This document shows, piece after piece, positions 36,917-50,368 of a stretch of DNA of 64,000 nucleotides. The first letter of the stretch is position 1. The number at the start of each line of letters is the position of its first letter. The notes under the pieces were generated by a model that saw nothing but the letters and a program-made list of their open reading frames with translations, was not told where the DNA came from and did not search any database. The translations under genes and the position numbers were made by a program. Source of the stretch: Camelus dromedarius (taxonomy: Eukaryota); contig NC_087437.1 of NCBI RefSeq assembly GCF_036321535.1, forward strand, positions 67,086,001-67,150,000. The letters are read 5' to 3'.

Positions 36917-38839
36917 GTATGTATGGTGTTGCTTTGCCCATTTAATTAGTGATCATGGAAAATAATGATTCTTGGGCTCACAAAGTAATTAACTTGACTA
37001 GATTTTGAAAAATAACACACTGTGTTTGTAACTGCTGAAAAAGCTCCCTGGATCATTTTGTGTGTTCAGCTTGAAAGAGAATAAAAATATTTTCTTTCAT
37101 CTCTCATTGCTGCCTTTATGAAATGTGTCTTATTCAGTGGTAACTATATATGGAAATTCTGTTCCTTTATAGTGAAGATTTAAAATAGCTAAGTGGTAGC
37201 TTCCTTGTATTGTTAACTGTAAGATAATCTTTGGAGTTTATAACTGAGAATCCCCTTCCTACTTAAGAAACAACTGCCTAGTTTAGTGTGAGAAACATTA
37301 GCGTGGTCATGAGAGGGTTAATCATCCTGTTTTCAGCATCAAGTCTAATTAGAGGAGGAAGATGGGAAAGAGAACAGGAAAAGGCCTCAGATCATGGGAG
37401 ACCCGGGAGTTGATCACACCAGACAGGTAAAGGTGGAGGAGGCATGAGAATCATCGTTAGTTTTCTGCATGTAAATCCAGCTACTTAAATTTGATGTCAG
37501 AGGAAACACTGTGGAAAATTGAGGAAAATTTATGAAGTAGACTGAGGGAAATTATAGAATTATGTATGCAATCTTCTGTTTCAAGAAAATAAAATGTATC
37601 AGTCTTATGTGTTGCATCATCTCTGATACAGAACATGTCTCTTATGGCATTTTCAGGACAGATTTACAAGTCTTAACTTAAAAAGGAGCTGGCAGTTAAG
37701 GGAGAGGTCCCAAACAGCCTTAGTTATGCCTGATAAGTTTGAATCATATTGATGGTATATATCTGTCATGGAGAAGGAAAGTCCTAAGTTGTATAGTGAC
37801 GTTAGACATATTAAAGAACCAGGACCACCAGCCTCTTAAGAACCTGTAAGTTTCCTTTTAGAATCCTTACAGAAATTATTACTGAATCTTTCCATCACCT
37901 TTTAATCAACCTAGCCCAAAATTAATTAATTTAAAAAAAACTTCCTTTCGACATAATGACTTAGGGGTTACTCTGATAATGACTGCTGCTATACTGTTGT
38001 TCCCTACTAATTGTTCATTGCTAAATGTTTTAGCCATACTGTGAGCTAAGAAGCTGGTTTTTTTTTTTCCCCCTGGTGGACCAGCTTGCTAATCTTACCA
38101 TTGTAAATGATATGTTTAAAATAGCTCTTATCTTATAATCCTGAAAACTATATTCAAAATATAGATTTTCCAGTAACTCTGTGTCCATTCACCTCTTGCC
38201 TTGTTGTAAAATAAGGGGATTTAATGGTATCATTTCTGAGGTCCTCTGTATCAGCATTAAGATTCTATGATTTATATAACATTTCTTTGAAATGCTGGAC
38301 TGAGTTTGGAATTACAGATGAACCTTTAAAAGTGGTTATTTGTATGTGAGTTGTGAAATATCTGTAGAAAGAGCCTTCCATTACCTCTTTGTTTCTGAAA
38401 AAATATATTATCAGTCAAATTTCTTGGTATCTTCTTTGCAACTTGCATATTCTTTGATACTTTAGGTGTAAAAGTGAACTTGAATGCCAAAGATGAAAAC
38501 ATTTGTCTTTTATAAATCACACTCTGGATTGGTTATCACAGTTACTTTGGATAATTTCATTTATCATAATAATGCACATTAAATGAGTCAGATTTTTAAC
38601 TTAAATTTACCTCTTGATATCGGCATTAATTAAGTAGATCTCAAAATAGCATAACCCAAAATAACTTAGAATTTTTTTTCAGAAGATTTATGTTACTAAT
38701 GTGAATGCATTTGCTTAATATAAATTCAGGTTGCACCGTCTGAGAAAGGAATAATTTATACCAGGGAAAGCCACCCCAGAAGTCTGATTAGTGATGGGGC
38801 ATAATATTTGGGGTTTAGAATTGTCCTTATAGAAGAGAG

Positions 38840-39750
38840 CTAACTTGAAGGAGCTCCTTCTGGCCAAATCTTGGACAATTTGAACATTAAAATAAATTTG
38901 TAGTTCATTGAATAAAATTGGAATCCATGAATCCCTGATATACATAAATAAATGAGGGAGAAGAGAAAGCATTTTCTTACAGTAGAATGCCTACCAATGT
39001 ATGTGGAAGGAATGACAGAGTTAGAAAATCATCCCTGATGTCAAGATAGTGGGCCAATGTTTGATGAGGAATGGTATTTACATAGTTCCAAAGTATTTCC
39101 CCTCAAATAACTCATTAATTATAAAGAAAAATAGTAACTTTATAGTAGAGAGACCTGGGGGATACCATTTTAACCGCATAACCAGTGTCGTGACAGACTG
39201 GTATCCTGTGCGTCCTGGCATATGCACTGAGGACACAGCATCACTGCCACAGTGGTCCTGAGTCCAGTCATGAGGAAACACCGAGCAAACAAAGGTCATG
39301 AAGACAACTGTTCCAGATTGAAAGAGGTTAAGCAGTTAAAACAGCTAAGTGCAATACAGAATCCTGGATTCGAATCTGGGCAGGAGAAAAAATAGCTATA
39401 AAGGACAGTATTGGGCCAATTGATGAAATCTGAGCTGTGAATGAGATAATTCTGTTGTATCAATGTTAAATTTCTTGACTTTGATACTTGTACTGTGATT
39501 ATGTAAAGGATATCTTTGTTCATAGGAAATGCTCAGTACTTAATGGTAAAAAGGGGCAGTGTTTTCAACTTGATCCTGCAATGGTTCAGGAAAATATTTT
39601 TACATGTACTGAGAAAATAACCTAATAACCTAATAGGGCAAAATAGAAATCACTGTTGAATCTGAGAAGGTGATATATGAGACACAGAATTCCTCTAGTG
39701 TTCTTGCAACTTTTCTGTAAGTTTAAAATTATGTCACAATGAAAGTGACC
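38840..39750 (+). mobile_element. Ancient L1ME/L1MC-type 3' end in sense orientation
   Basis: actgttccagattgaaagag...tatcaatgttaaatttcttga...ttcttgcaacttttctgtaagtttaaaatt. Confidence 0.75.
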
Positions 39751-40036
39751 AAAATTGTCCTCATGTAATTCATATGTGGGTTCTAAGCACTGAGTGAATT
39801 TGGAACCAGCTTCCTGTGGTGGTATACTTCATTTTCATACAGAGGAATAAGGTGGACTTAGTATTGGCTTTTTGGTATATAACACTGAATTCTAGGATGA
39901 GTGAAAACTCTATTTGATTGATTTTATTTGAAGCAAAATGCAGCAGTTTGGCCTGTGCTTCATAAGGCCTGTACCGTTGATCCAGGTTCCATTAAGTGGA
40001 AACACAGTACGTGAGACTGTTCAGCAGCCTCCACAT

Positions 40037-40228
40037 CAGTGATTCTCATCTAGTGAAAATTTCACTTGGCAACGTCTGGAGACATTTTTGATTGTCACAG
40101 CTGGGATGTCACAGCTGGGAGGAAGGTACAGCTGGCCGCTAGTGGTTAAGGCCAGGGATGGCACTAAACATCCTATTACGCACAGCCCAGACCCACAACA
40201 GAAACTTATCCAGGCCAAAATGTCAGTG
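40037..40228 (+). mobile_element. MER20-like hAT-Charlie MITE
   Basis: cagtgattctca...ttggcaacgtctggagacatttttgattgtcaca...ggccagggatggcactaaacatcct...ccaaaatgtca. Confidence 0.85.
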
Positions 40229-40729
40229 AGAGAATTACATTAATAGATTTTCAAACATTACAACATCCTTGAATTTCGATTGTGATTATTTTTAAATAAA
40301 TTGCTCCATTTGGTATGCTGATATTTTAGTGGAATTTCTTTATCTGCGATCAGAAGTCAGAATGTCTAACTTCTCTGTCTTCTGTTGTCCTCAGTTGAGC
40401 TTTAGTACCAGATTATATAATATCCTCATAAAATAAGTTGGGCAGAGCTTCCTTTTTTTCTGTTCTCTGAAACGATATGGGTAAGATGGAAGTTATCTGA
40501 TGATCTTGTGGAATTTGCCTGTAAAAGATTTGCCTGCTGTTATTTATTTATTCATTTATTTATTGGTAGCTTTCTGAGTACTGACTCAGTTTCTCTAATG
40601 GTGTAGGTTTATTTAGATTTCCTGTATCTTTTTAATTTTTCTAGAAAATGGTCTCTCTTTTTTTTAAGTTTATGCATATTGGTATCAAGTTGTTAATAGT
40701 ATTCTCTATTTGAAAACAAAAGCGTGTAC

Positions 40730-40960
40730 TTGAGAGTGCAGGTTCTGGAGTCAGAGGATGTGGTTTCGAATCCCAGCTCCAGGAATCACTGGCTATGTGA
40801 CCCTGTACCTTAGTTTTCTTATATGTAAAATAGAGACAGTGATAGTAACTGTCCTGGCGGTGGCATAAAGATTAAATGAAAACACACATAAAACGTTTTA
40901 GTAGAACAGCATCTGGCATGTATAAGCACTTAACAAATATTGGCGTTCATATTATCATGG
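40730..40960 (+). mobile_element. MIR SINE
   Basis: ttctggagtcaga...ttcgaatcccagctcc...ctatgtgacc...aagattaaatga...taagcacttaacaaat. Confidence 0.8.
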
Positions 40961-41127
40961 GTATTATTATTATTCCCTTGTGAATTTTAAAACTCTCTGC
41001 ATTTATGTTGCCCTTTTCATTCCTAATTCCATTTGTCCTTCTCATCTTTATGTTTGTGATCAGTGCTGCCTAAACCAAGCTTTTGGATCTATTTATCCTC
41101 TTGTGTACTTGTTTTAATTTCTGTTCT

Positions 41128-41620
41128 TCATTTATTCATTCAACAAATATCTGTTGGGCATCTGTTAGGTTCCAGACCCTGTTCTAGGTGCTGGAAACAC
41201 ATCAGTGAACAGAAGTCTTTTCTTCTGTAGAGCTTATATTCTGCAGGAGATTGGAGATTGAACATAATCAATCAGTAAATTGCAGAGATTGTTACAAGGT
41301 GGTAAATTCATTGGGGGAAAAATAGGTGAGGGTAAAATGGATTAGCTGAGGCATGAGGAGCTGAAATTTGAGTAAGATTCTTAGGGTAAGCCTCACTGAG
41401 AAGTTGATTCTAGCAAAGATTTGAAGATGATAAAGGAATGAAACATATGAATATGGGGCTAGAGAGCTTTCCAGGTAGAGGGAACAGCTGTGTGAAGGTC
41501 CTGAGGCAGGAGTGTGCCCGGTGTTTTAGATGGACAGCAAAGAAGCCAGTGTATTTGGCATGGCATGAGCAGGGCAGAGAGTAGTAGGAGCTATTATGTC
41601 CACTTACAGGTGCTAGGATG
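41128..41620 (-). mobile_element. L2 3' end
   Basis: attcattcaacaaatatctgttgggca...ctgttctaggtgctgg...ttccaggtagagggaacagc. Confidence 0.8.
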
Positions 41621-42484
41621 GCCATTTATATATATGATTTATGTTTGTTAATTGTATTATTCAAATAGTCTTTATCTTTACCAATATTTCATTTGTTTCA
41701 GCTAGAGAGAGATTTGTTTAAAAATCACATAGTGGGATTGTGGATTTATCAATTATGCTTTTTTAACCTATCCTAAGCCTCTGAATGTTGCTTATAGGTT
41801 GTTATAGCTTATGGATTCTCTATGCTTAATATGCATTTCTGTGTTATTTTGACTATTATTAAAATCCCTGTAGTTGTTTTCTTTGGTTAATTCTTGCTGT
41901 TATGTTTCTATTTTATGATTCATTTACTTTTGAGTTTCCATGTTTTAGATGTGTATCTTATAAACAGCATGTCTGAATCTAGTTTGGTTTCCAATCTGCA
42001 GTCTGAGAGCCTTTTCCCTTTGGTTGATTGAATACATTTACATTAATTATAATTGTGATTATGGATATACTTAATTTCTAATATCACATTTTATGTTTTC
42101 TATTTACCAAGCTCTTTCTTGCCCCCTCCCCCATAGCGTCTATGGATTATTTCAGTGTCCTTTATAAATGATGCATTTTTCCTTCATGGTTCCTAAGAAA
42201 TCTTCTGTTCTCCTCCTTGCATAATTTAATACTATGAAGCTCTCCTGCTTGCTTGAGAACTCTGTGCAGAACTTGGTGTGGAGATCATAGATGGAGCATC
42301 TTAACTGTCACTGAGGTCCCGCAGTGCGTGTTACAAGGGAGAAGACAGGGGCCCAGAGAGGATGCGCAGTTTGTCTACAGCCCACTGATAGAAAACCCCA
42401 TTCTCCTGCCAGGCTGGGAAGCCTCAGAACTCTTGATTCTCCTTCTTGAGCTCCCACTGCTAATTCCCTTCCCAACGAGAGTGT

Positions 42485-45251
42485 TTCCATTATTCTCTCA
42501 TGTGTCTTTAGCTCTGAAGTGAGTCTCTTGAAGGCAGTGTATAGATGGGTCTTATTTTTCCATCCAGTCACCCGCCGTATGTCTTTTGATTGGAGCATTT
42601 AGCCCATTGACATTTAAAGTTCTTGTTGATAGGTGTGTCCTTACTGCCATTTTGTTAATTATTTTCTGGTTGTTTTTGTAGCTCTTCTCTGTTCTTTTCT
42701 TCTTTTAATCTCTTATTTTGTAGTCTGATGATTTTCTTCAGTGTTCTGTTTGTGTTCCTTTCTCTGTAGTTTTTGTGTACCTGTTGTAGGTTTTTGATTT
42801 GTGGTTACCTCAGAGTACATATATGTTGACCTATAATTATATTTACTTGTTTTAAACTGATAATCATTTAAATTCAAGCACATTCTAAAAGAGCTACATT
42901 TCCCCCTCCCTGATGTTTTGTTTTTTGTCATATTTTACATTTATGTCTATCTCTTAATTATTTATTATAATTATAGTTGATTTTACAGTTTTTGTCCTTT
43001 AACCTTTGTGCTCACCCATTTAAGTGGCTGATTCACAGCCTTTACTGTATGTTTACTTTTACCAGTGGGATTTTTCCCTGCCTATAATTTATTTCTTGTT
43101 GTAACTTTTTCATTTTTACTTGAAGAAGACCCTTTAATGCCTCTTGTAATGTCAGTTTAGTATTGATGAACTCTTAATTTTTCCTTGTCTGAGAAGCTTT
43201 TTATCTCTCCTTCAATTCTGAATGATAACCTTATGGGATAGAGTACTGTATGTTGTAGGTTTTCTCCCTTTCAGTACATGGAATATATGTATGCCACTCT
43301 CTTCTGGCCTGCAGTTTCTGCTGAAAAATCAGCTGCTAGTCTTATGGGGGATCTATTGTATGACTTTGTTTTTCTCTTACTGTTTTTAAATTTTTCTGTC
43401 TCTAACTTTTGCTGTTTTATTTATGATACATCTTGGTGTGGGTCTGTTTGAGTTCACCTTGTTTGGGACTCTCTGTGCTTCTTGTACCTGGATATCTGTT
43501 TCCTTTTGCAAGTTCAGGAAGTTTTCAGCCATAATTTCATCAAATACATCTTCTATCTCTTTCTCTCCTCCTTTTGGGACCCCTATAATGCAAATGTTAG
43601 TACATTTGATGTTGTCTTAGAGGTCCCTTAAACTATTCTCATTTTTAGAATTTTGTTTTTATTTTTGCTGTTCTAATTGGATGTCTGATTTGCTGTTCCA
43701 TTATTCTGTCTTCCAGATGGCTTGTGCATTCTTCTGTATCACCTTATCTGCTGTTAATTCCCTTTAGTGTGTTTTTCATTTCAGTTGCTGTATTCTTCTG
43801 CTTTGTCTGGTTCTTTTTATATTTTCTAGTTCTTTATTAAAATTCTCCCTGTGTTCATCTATTCTTTTCCCAAGTTCAGTCAGCATACTTAACTACTATT
43901 GCTTTGAACTGTTCATCAGGTAAATCATTTATCTCTCATTAGGGTTTATTGTCACAGTTCTTTTTTTCTTGTTCTTTCATTTGAAACATATTTCTTTCTC
44001 TTCTCATTATGTTTGACTTTCTCTGTCTATATGAAATCAGGTGAAAGAAGTTCTGTCCGTGTGTGGGAACGTCCCTTGACGGTCTGTGTGTGCCCCTTGG
44101 CTTTGGTGGGGGACCTGGATCTGAAGTGAGCATGGGCTGTGTCATCCCTGAGGATGTGCTGGCAGCTGCCACCTTGGTGGGAGGTAGGGCTGGAGGTGGA
44201 GGGGCTAGAGCCAGAGCCTTGTTTGAGTAGGAGCTTCTCACGGGCACAGTGGCCATCACTGCCCTGTTGGAGGTGGGATTGGGGCCACAGGGGCTGGAAC
44301 AGGAGCCATGAGGGAACTGGGTTTCTCCCAGGGGTGGTGGCATCCTCAGCCTTGGTTTGGGGTATAGCTGGGACCTCAGGGTTTGGGGCTGCACTTCTTT
44401 GCTGCTTTCACTTTTTCCCCAGTGTGTGCGCCTTGACTAGAGGCTGTGTCAGGGCCGGAGGCATTGGTTCCACACTGCTGGGCTGGCTCCCTCCCAGGTG
44501 TGTGCAGGGACATATGCTCAGGGGATGGCAGTCTCTGCCCTGGAGCTAGCGACATCCCCTCCTCAGTGTGTGCACCAAAGCCTGCACTGTCAGTGGCTGC
44601 CATTGCCCTGATCAGAGACAGAGCTAGGGTCAGAGCAAGTTCTGTTCTCTCAAAGTGGGCACACTCTTGTTGGCAACAGCAGCCGCCTCCTTAGTGAAGA
44701 ACAGCTCTGGAACAAGAGTGGCTGGAGCAGGCGGCTGGTGCTGGGTCGGGGTTGGGGATGCGCCGGGGCAGTCCTGGCAAGCTGGCCGGAGCCTGACACG
44801 GTTTCCAGTCATCTGCCTCTGTGCTGTTACTGGGAGTAAGCGAGTGTGTTCACATGCCCTTCAAGAGTGGAGTCGGTTTCCTACAGCCCTCCAGTAAGCC
44901 CCATTGGTTTTCAAGCCAGCTAAGGCCACTCATCTTCCTAATGTAGGACCCCAGGGCTGGGCTGCCTAATATGTGGCTCAAACCCCTCACTCCCCAGGGA
45001 GGATCCTCGAGCCTGTAATATCCCCCCTCTCTCCTGTGTCCCCTGCTAGAAGGGAGGGTCCTGACCTGATCAGTTCTTCTCTCTTCCTACCAAACTCTGT
45101 GTGGGTCTTTCTTTACAAACTTGCTGGTAGAAGAGCCGTCCTGCTGGTCCCCAGGCTGATGTCAGCGAGATTTGTTCTACATGTGGTTGTAATTTTGGTG
45201 TGTTCATGAGGGAGGTGAGCCCAGTGTCCTCCTGCTCCACTGTTTGTTCCC
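42485..45251 (-). mobile_element. L1 5' portion: GC-rich 5'UTR, ORF1 and first codons of ORF2; 3' part missing
   Basis: Minus-strand MRRERNMFQMKEQEKK resembles an ORF1p N-terminus. 42490-42640 matches the ORF2 endonuclease N-terminus. The 5' end reads gggaacaaacagtggagcaggaggacactgggctcacctccc. Confidence 0.88.
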
Positions 45252-48200
45252 ACACACACTACAAATTTTGACATTTTAAAGTAAGAAGATCTATGAAGAT
45301 GACATAAAGATTTATGGAGACTTGGCCAGAAAGGAGATTGGCAAGTTCATGTCCAGATTGTAAAGTCATTATATGACATTCAGAGAATTTGGATATTGTC
45401 TTTGAGACTATGGGTAGTGACTGGCCTTCTTATAAAACCAGAGAGGATACTGAGATCTGCATTTTAGAGACAGCCTCAGCAGTCAGGGTGAGCGATTGGA
45501 AGCCAGGTCACAAGATAGGAGGCTTTGATAATAGCTCCATCAAGAAGTGAAGAGGGCGTGAACTTAGGACCTGCTCATCCAGATGGAGAAGAGAGAGGAG
45601 TCAAGGTGGGATTCACAGAGATAAAAGCCAGAAATCGACAAGACATGGAGCTTGATGATATACTGGGACTCAGAGAAGAGTCAGAGTTAACTCAGATTTC
45701 TGTCTTAGGCCATTGAATGAACAGCAGCTATTAACTCAGAGAAGATATACTTAGAGGTTTGCTGGAGGAAAGTAGTGAGTTACTGGTCCTCTGGGACCTC
45801 TAGACGGGGACTGAAATAATGATAATGATAACAGATGTTTCTTGAGTGCTAAGTGCCGTTCTCCTTTGAGAATTAAAGCTTAACAGTCAACGTAGGGACA
45901 TACTGATTCAGAAGAATCTACTGATGTCAGATTAAAAGCCAGACTGCTCAGAGTCAACATTTCTGGGAACCTAGACAGAAATGTGTAGGAGAAAAATTGT
46001 CACGATCTAATCAGTCAGTCTCGCTTGTAGCTGTTGTCATGTTGTAAGTGTGTGTTCATCACCCAGTCTGTTGCCAGTGGTGAGTCATTCTCACAAATAA
46101 ATATTAATGTGTTTTTTATACAAATGCCATGAGTAGCATTCCAATAAATAACAGGTTTCAGAAGCAAAGTAAGTCCTTAGTATTTTGATATGTGATTCTC
46201 TGCAGTGTTTTTAATACCAGGGGATCCAAATACTGCATTGTTCAAATATTACCCAGTAATGTTCATTGGTGTTTTCCAGTTTTTGAGTATTTGTCATAGG
46301 CGACAGTCCTTTGTAGATACTTTAGTAGCAGAAATGCCAAGAGCAGTAGATGGGAATGTTGCTGTAGATACAGTGACATGAAATCAGAAATGGATTGAGA
46401 ATCTGAACTGGCAAAAGTAATATCTGTTTCAATGGCAAAACAAAAATCAGGTCAGAAAGACAAAGTGTTTTCATTGTTGAATAAAGAAAATGAGCTGAAA
46501 GGAAGCAGTGTGTGTTGTAACGTCTGCCCGAAAGGTGCTTAGGATGTTCTCTTCATGGGGACACGTTCTCTCTGTGCCCCTGCTCCATCCATATCTTAAT
46601 TCAACCAACATCAACAAAAAGGAAATAAAATTTTCTATGTCTGGAATATTTGGTGTGAGACAAAGATCTAGACTATTGGGTAGTGCACTTAATGCTATAT
46701 AGTGCTTTTAAATTTTCTTCTAGAATGAGAGTTTAAATATTAAGTATTTGTGGTATTATCTTTGAATTTTTAAATAGATTTTAATTTGGCATTTCTTTTG
46801 TGTTAATGTTCCCATTTTTACTTCTTTTTATTAAGTGTTTGTACCTGTTTGAGAGCATTTTTTATATATTATTGAAATATATATATCATAACATATTGGT
46901 CAAATAAGAGTAAACTGTGCATTCATTATTTTTTTCTGCAGAATACTTCTGAAATTTGTATATAAGAAATGACTTTCTGTTTATTATTATGGTCACTCGT
47001 TATTATTTAAAAATGCATAAATCATATAAAATATAGAAAAATTTGACTTAGGAATTCTTATCTCTCAACCTCAGATCCTGAGTAATAATATTTGTTGGGG
47101 CTTGCTGCAGAGATGCTCCTGTCTCTGCGTTGCCTTGGCTACACCAACATGCTTCTGGTTAGTCCTCTCTTATCCCTGCATCGTTCCCACCCCTGATTAC
47201 GTTCTGAGTTAGCTCCAGCGTGGTGTATCAATCTCATTGAAGAACACTTTCTTACATCACTCTGCTCATGATGTCTGTGTCTGTAGAGACCAAGGGGAGA
47301 ACAGTGACTTCACCATTTAAAAATAACTTTTTACAGCAAGAATCTTTAAACTTTACCTCTTCCTGTATGCCAGAATGCTGCTTAGATCAGCTGTTAAAAA
47401 TTTCCCAAATTATCTCTACGGAAATGTCAACAAGATCGCTGGTTTGGTGTGAGCTGATCAAATTTCTAGAATTTCAGGATTTAGGAAAACAACAACACAG
47501 TGTGTGGAATTGTGGGGTTAGTTGCCCAGAGATTGTGGGTTTTTTCCTTGCATGATGACATTTTGGTAATGTATTGACAATGGAATTTGGCAGATGACTC
47601 AGTTTAATACTGACAGCATTGGAACATTGATCACAAGATTAGGGAATATACTATAGATGCACCCCATAGAACAGTGTTGTTTTACTTGTCTTAGTAGAAG
47701 CCAAGTGTGTGCATGGTGATTATGAGCTTTTGGACATGGACAGACCTGATTTTATGTGCTGCTACTTGTGTACTGTGTGATCTTGGACAGACTGCCTAGC
47801 TTCTATGAGGTTTTTCATCTTTGAAATACAGGGAGTATAAAACTTAAGGTTTTTAAGATTAAATGAGACATGTAAATCTCTTAGTATAGTTAGACACTAA
47901 AGGGAAAAGACCCCTTTATTTATTGAATGCATACCTTTCTTGGTGCTGGGTACAGTGATGAACAAGACAAACCCAGTCCCTTATCTTACTGGGACAAGTA
48001 GGCAAGAAATTATAATAAATGGGGTAAGTTTCAGCACCAGAGAATACAGGGTGTTGGGGAGCTTATAGGAGGGACATTTAATGGGGACCCTGAAAATCAA
48101 ATATCACACGGAGGAGTTTCCCTCCAGACTGGCCCAATTATCTGAGTGAATTTGCTGAAAAGCTTCCCCCACACTGGCTGCCATGAGAGATGTTTGTTTT

Positions 48201-48720
48201 TAAGGAAAAGGAACTAACACAAGTATGAACCAACTAACTAGCCAGTAACTGACTTGGTTATGAACAGGATAATCCAAATGTCCAAATTCATCACTCATCC
48301 TGTTCTGGGTAAGTAAGACATCTGTATTATATGGGTTTGACCATTTAAATGCTTCCATTAAAAAACAAATGCAAGAAAAATCTCCTTTCCCTGGTCTGTA
48401 TATTGAAATTAATTTCAGTGTGTGTTTGATGATTCAGAGTTATTTGTTAACACTACCCACTGTGTTATGTTAGAAGACAGAGAGATAAGCCTGAGGGCTG
48501 TTGATGTCTGGAGGTCCTTCAGAATTTGCTCATGCTCATTAGATGCCCCTCTTATGTGCCCCTCAGCACCCTGCATCCTCTAGTGCCAGCACTCACCCCG
48601 TTTGTTGTCATTTCTTGCCTACCTGTCTCATTAAGGTACAGGGCTGGGTTGGCCTGTCCATCATTGTATCACCATCCTAAGAAATTACCCAGCATACAGA
48701 AAGGTGTGCAATAAATATTT

Positions 48721-48864
48721 TTTGTTTTGTTTTGTTTTGTTTTGTTTTGTGGATGGGAAATAATTAGGTTTATTTATCTATTTTTAATGGTATTGGGGAT
48801 CAAACCCAGGACCTCATGCATGGTAAGCATGTGCTCTACCACTGAGCCATACCCTTCCCACCCT
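48721..48864 (-). mobile_element. Camelid Vic-1-like SINE inserted into an L2 tail
   Basis: Reverse complement of the same family with a (TTTTG)n tail. Exact TSD CAATAAATATTT at 48709-48720 and 48865-48876. Confidence 0.85.
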
Positions 48865-49457
48865 CAATAAATATTTACTTGTTAAATGACTCTGCTCTGC
48901 CCTTGGTCTAATGAGAAATGAAGGTTGCCAGCAGAGACTAGGTAACTCAATCTTTGTTTCGTGTAAAAATTGTCAGCACAGGGTAGAGATAGCTCCAGGC
49001 GTTGCCCTAGGAACACATGGACTTAGTGCCACAGACCCATCGGGAGGCTTTTCCACTTGCTCCTAGATGTGTCACTGTTTTGAGTGGTTGAGGTGACTGG
49101 ATGTGTTATGTTCTGCCTGAGGGAGGCAGTGAAGCCTAGAGCGTGGAGGTAAGACAGCCCTTCCTCCAATTCCAGTTCCTGGTGAGCAGCTGGGTAATCT
49201 TACTCCTCATCCAAAGCCTCAGTTTCCTTATCTGTTCAATGGGGTTACTAATAATAATACCTCTGAGAGGCACTGTGAAGATGGAGGTAATAGGTATAAA
49301 AGCTTAGCCCAATCTTGGCACTTATTAATAACTATTAACTTTGATTTTTATCACCACTGTAAGTCTTTGCATCTTGTTTATAAGGAGTAAATGAACTATT
49401 CTAATGTTGACAAATTACTAAAATGTAAACCACTGATCTATTTCTTGGTAATCTCAG

Positions 49458-49895
49458 TGTGATCACCCTGAAAAGGCCCTGCTCAGGTCGCCTGCTGTGG
49501 GAGTGTAATTGACCAGCAGCCCCAGTGGCTCCCTCTAGTAGCCACCACTGCTTTGCACCCAGGCCAGGCGTCTCCTGGGCAGCTCCCAGCTAGTCCCTGG
49601 GCACAGCGGGGCTGCTGATGCAGGCCTGTTCCCACAGGTGTGAGCCCTTTCACAGGTGACTTTGGCTCAAGGACTCCCATCGGCCTAGTGGAAGCTTCCA
49701 TGACACTGTGCTGCAGTCTGAGACACCCCTCCCCCCCGGCCCTCCTTCCTTCCCGCTCCCCTTCACCGGGGCCAGACTGTGCTCTGAGCCTGTCCCTGCT
49801 TCCCCGGCTTCCTCTCCATGTCCTTTACTGCCATTTCCTCCATGAAACCTCTTGCTTGTCTTGGCACCACTTCTTGGAGGGCCTGGATTTACACA
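49458..49895 (+). mobile_element. LTR16-family (ERVL) solo LTR
   Basis: TG...CA ends, about 440 bp, GC-rich, with gactttggctcaaggactccc and the terminal cttggcaccacttcttggagggcctggatttacaca typical of LTR16. Confidence 0.75.
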
Positions 49896-50368
49896 AACAG
49901 TTATAATGGTTGTTGGAAGGAATTAACTGTCTACCCCCTCGAGCACAGAGTGGGTAATTTTTCCATCAAGTGTGAAGCAAACATACATTATTATAATGAG
50001 TTTAACTTCATCTTCATGTTATGGCATTTCCTCAGAATTAAAGTTCGGTGTTTCTAATCATAAATTCTCTAAAATAGGCATTAGCCACCATTTCCTCAGA
50101 GAAGGCTCCCCACATTTAGGACCTGACATTTATCTGCTCAAGATTAAGTTGTAAGATTACCCTTATTTAGGACAGTCTTCTGTAGCTTCGGGTCTTTGAC
50201 GTGATGTTATGATTTTAGTCTTTAATATTCATGAACCAAAAAAATCTCTCTCCAAAAAAGATATTGATAGCTCTTCACTATTTATTTGTTTTTATAGTCT
50301 TCTGCTGATTTCTTCAGTATCCTTATTTTTTTCCTTCAATCCTCCCTTGATTATTATTTTTGTGACAG

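Noticed and set aside
43939..45255. Dense overlapping ORFs on both strands
   Set aside because: Explained by the GC-rich, stop-poor L1 5'UTR; only the ORF1 N-terminal remnant is meaningful.
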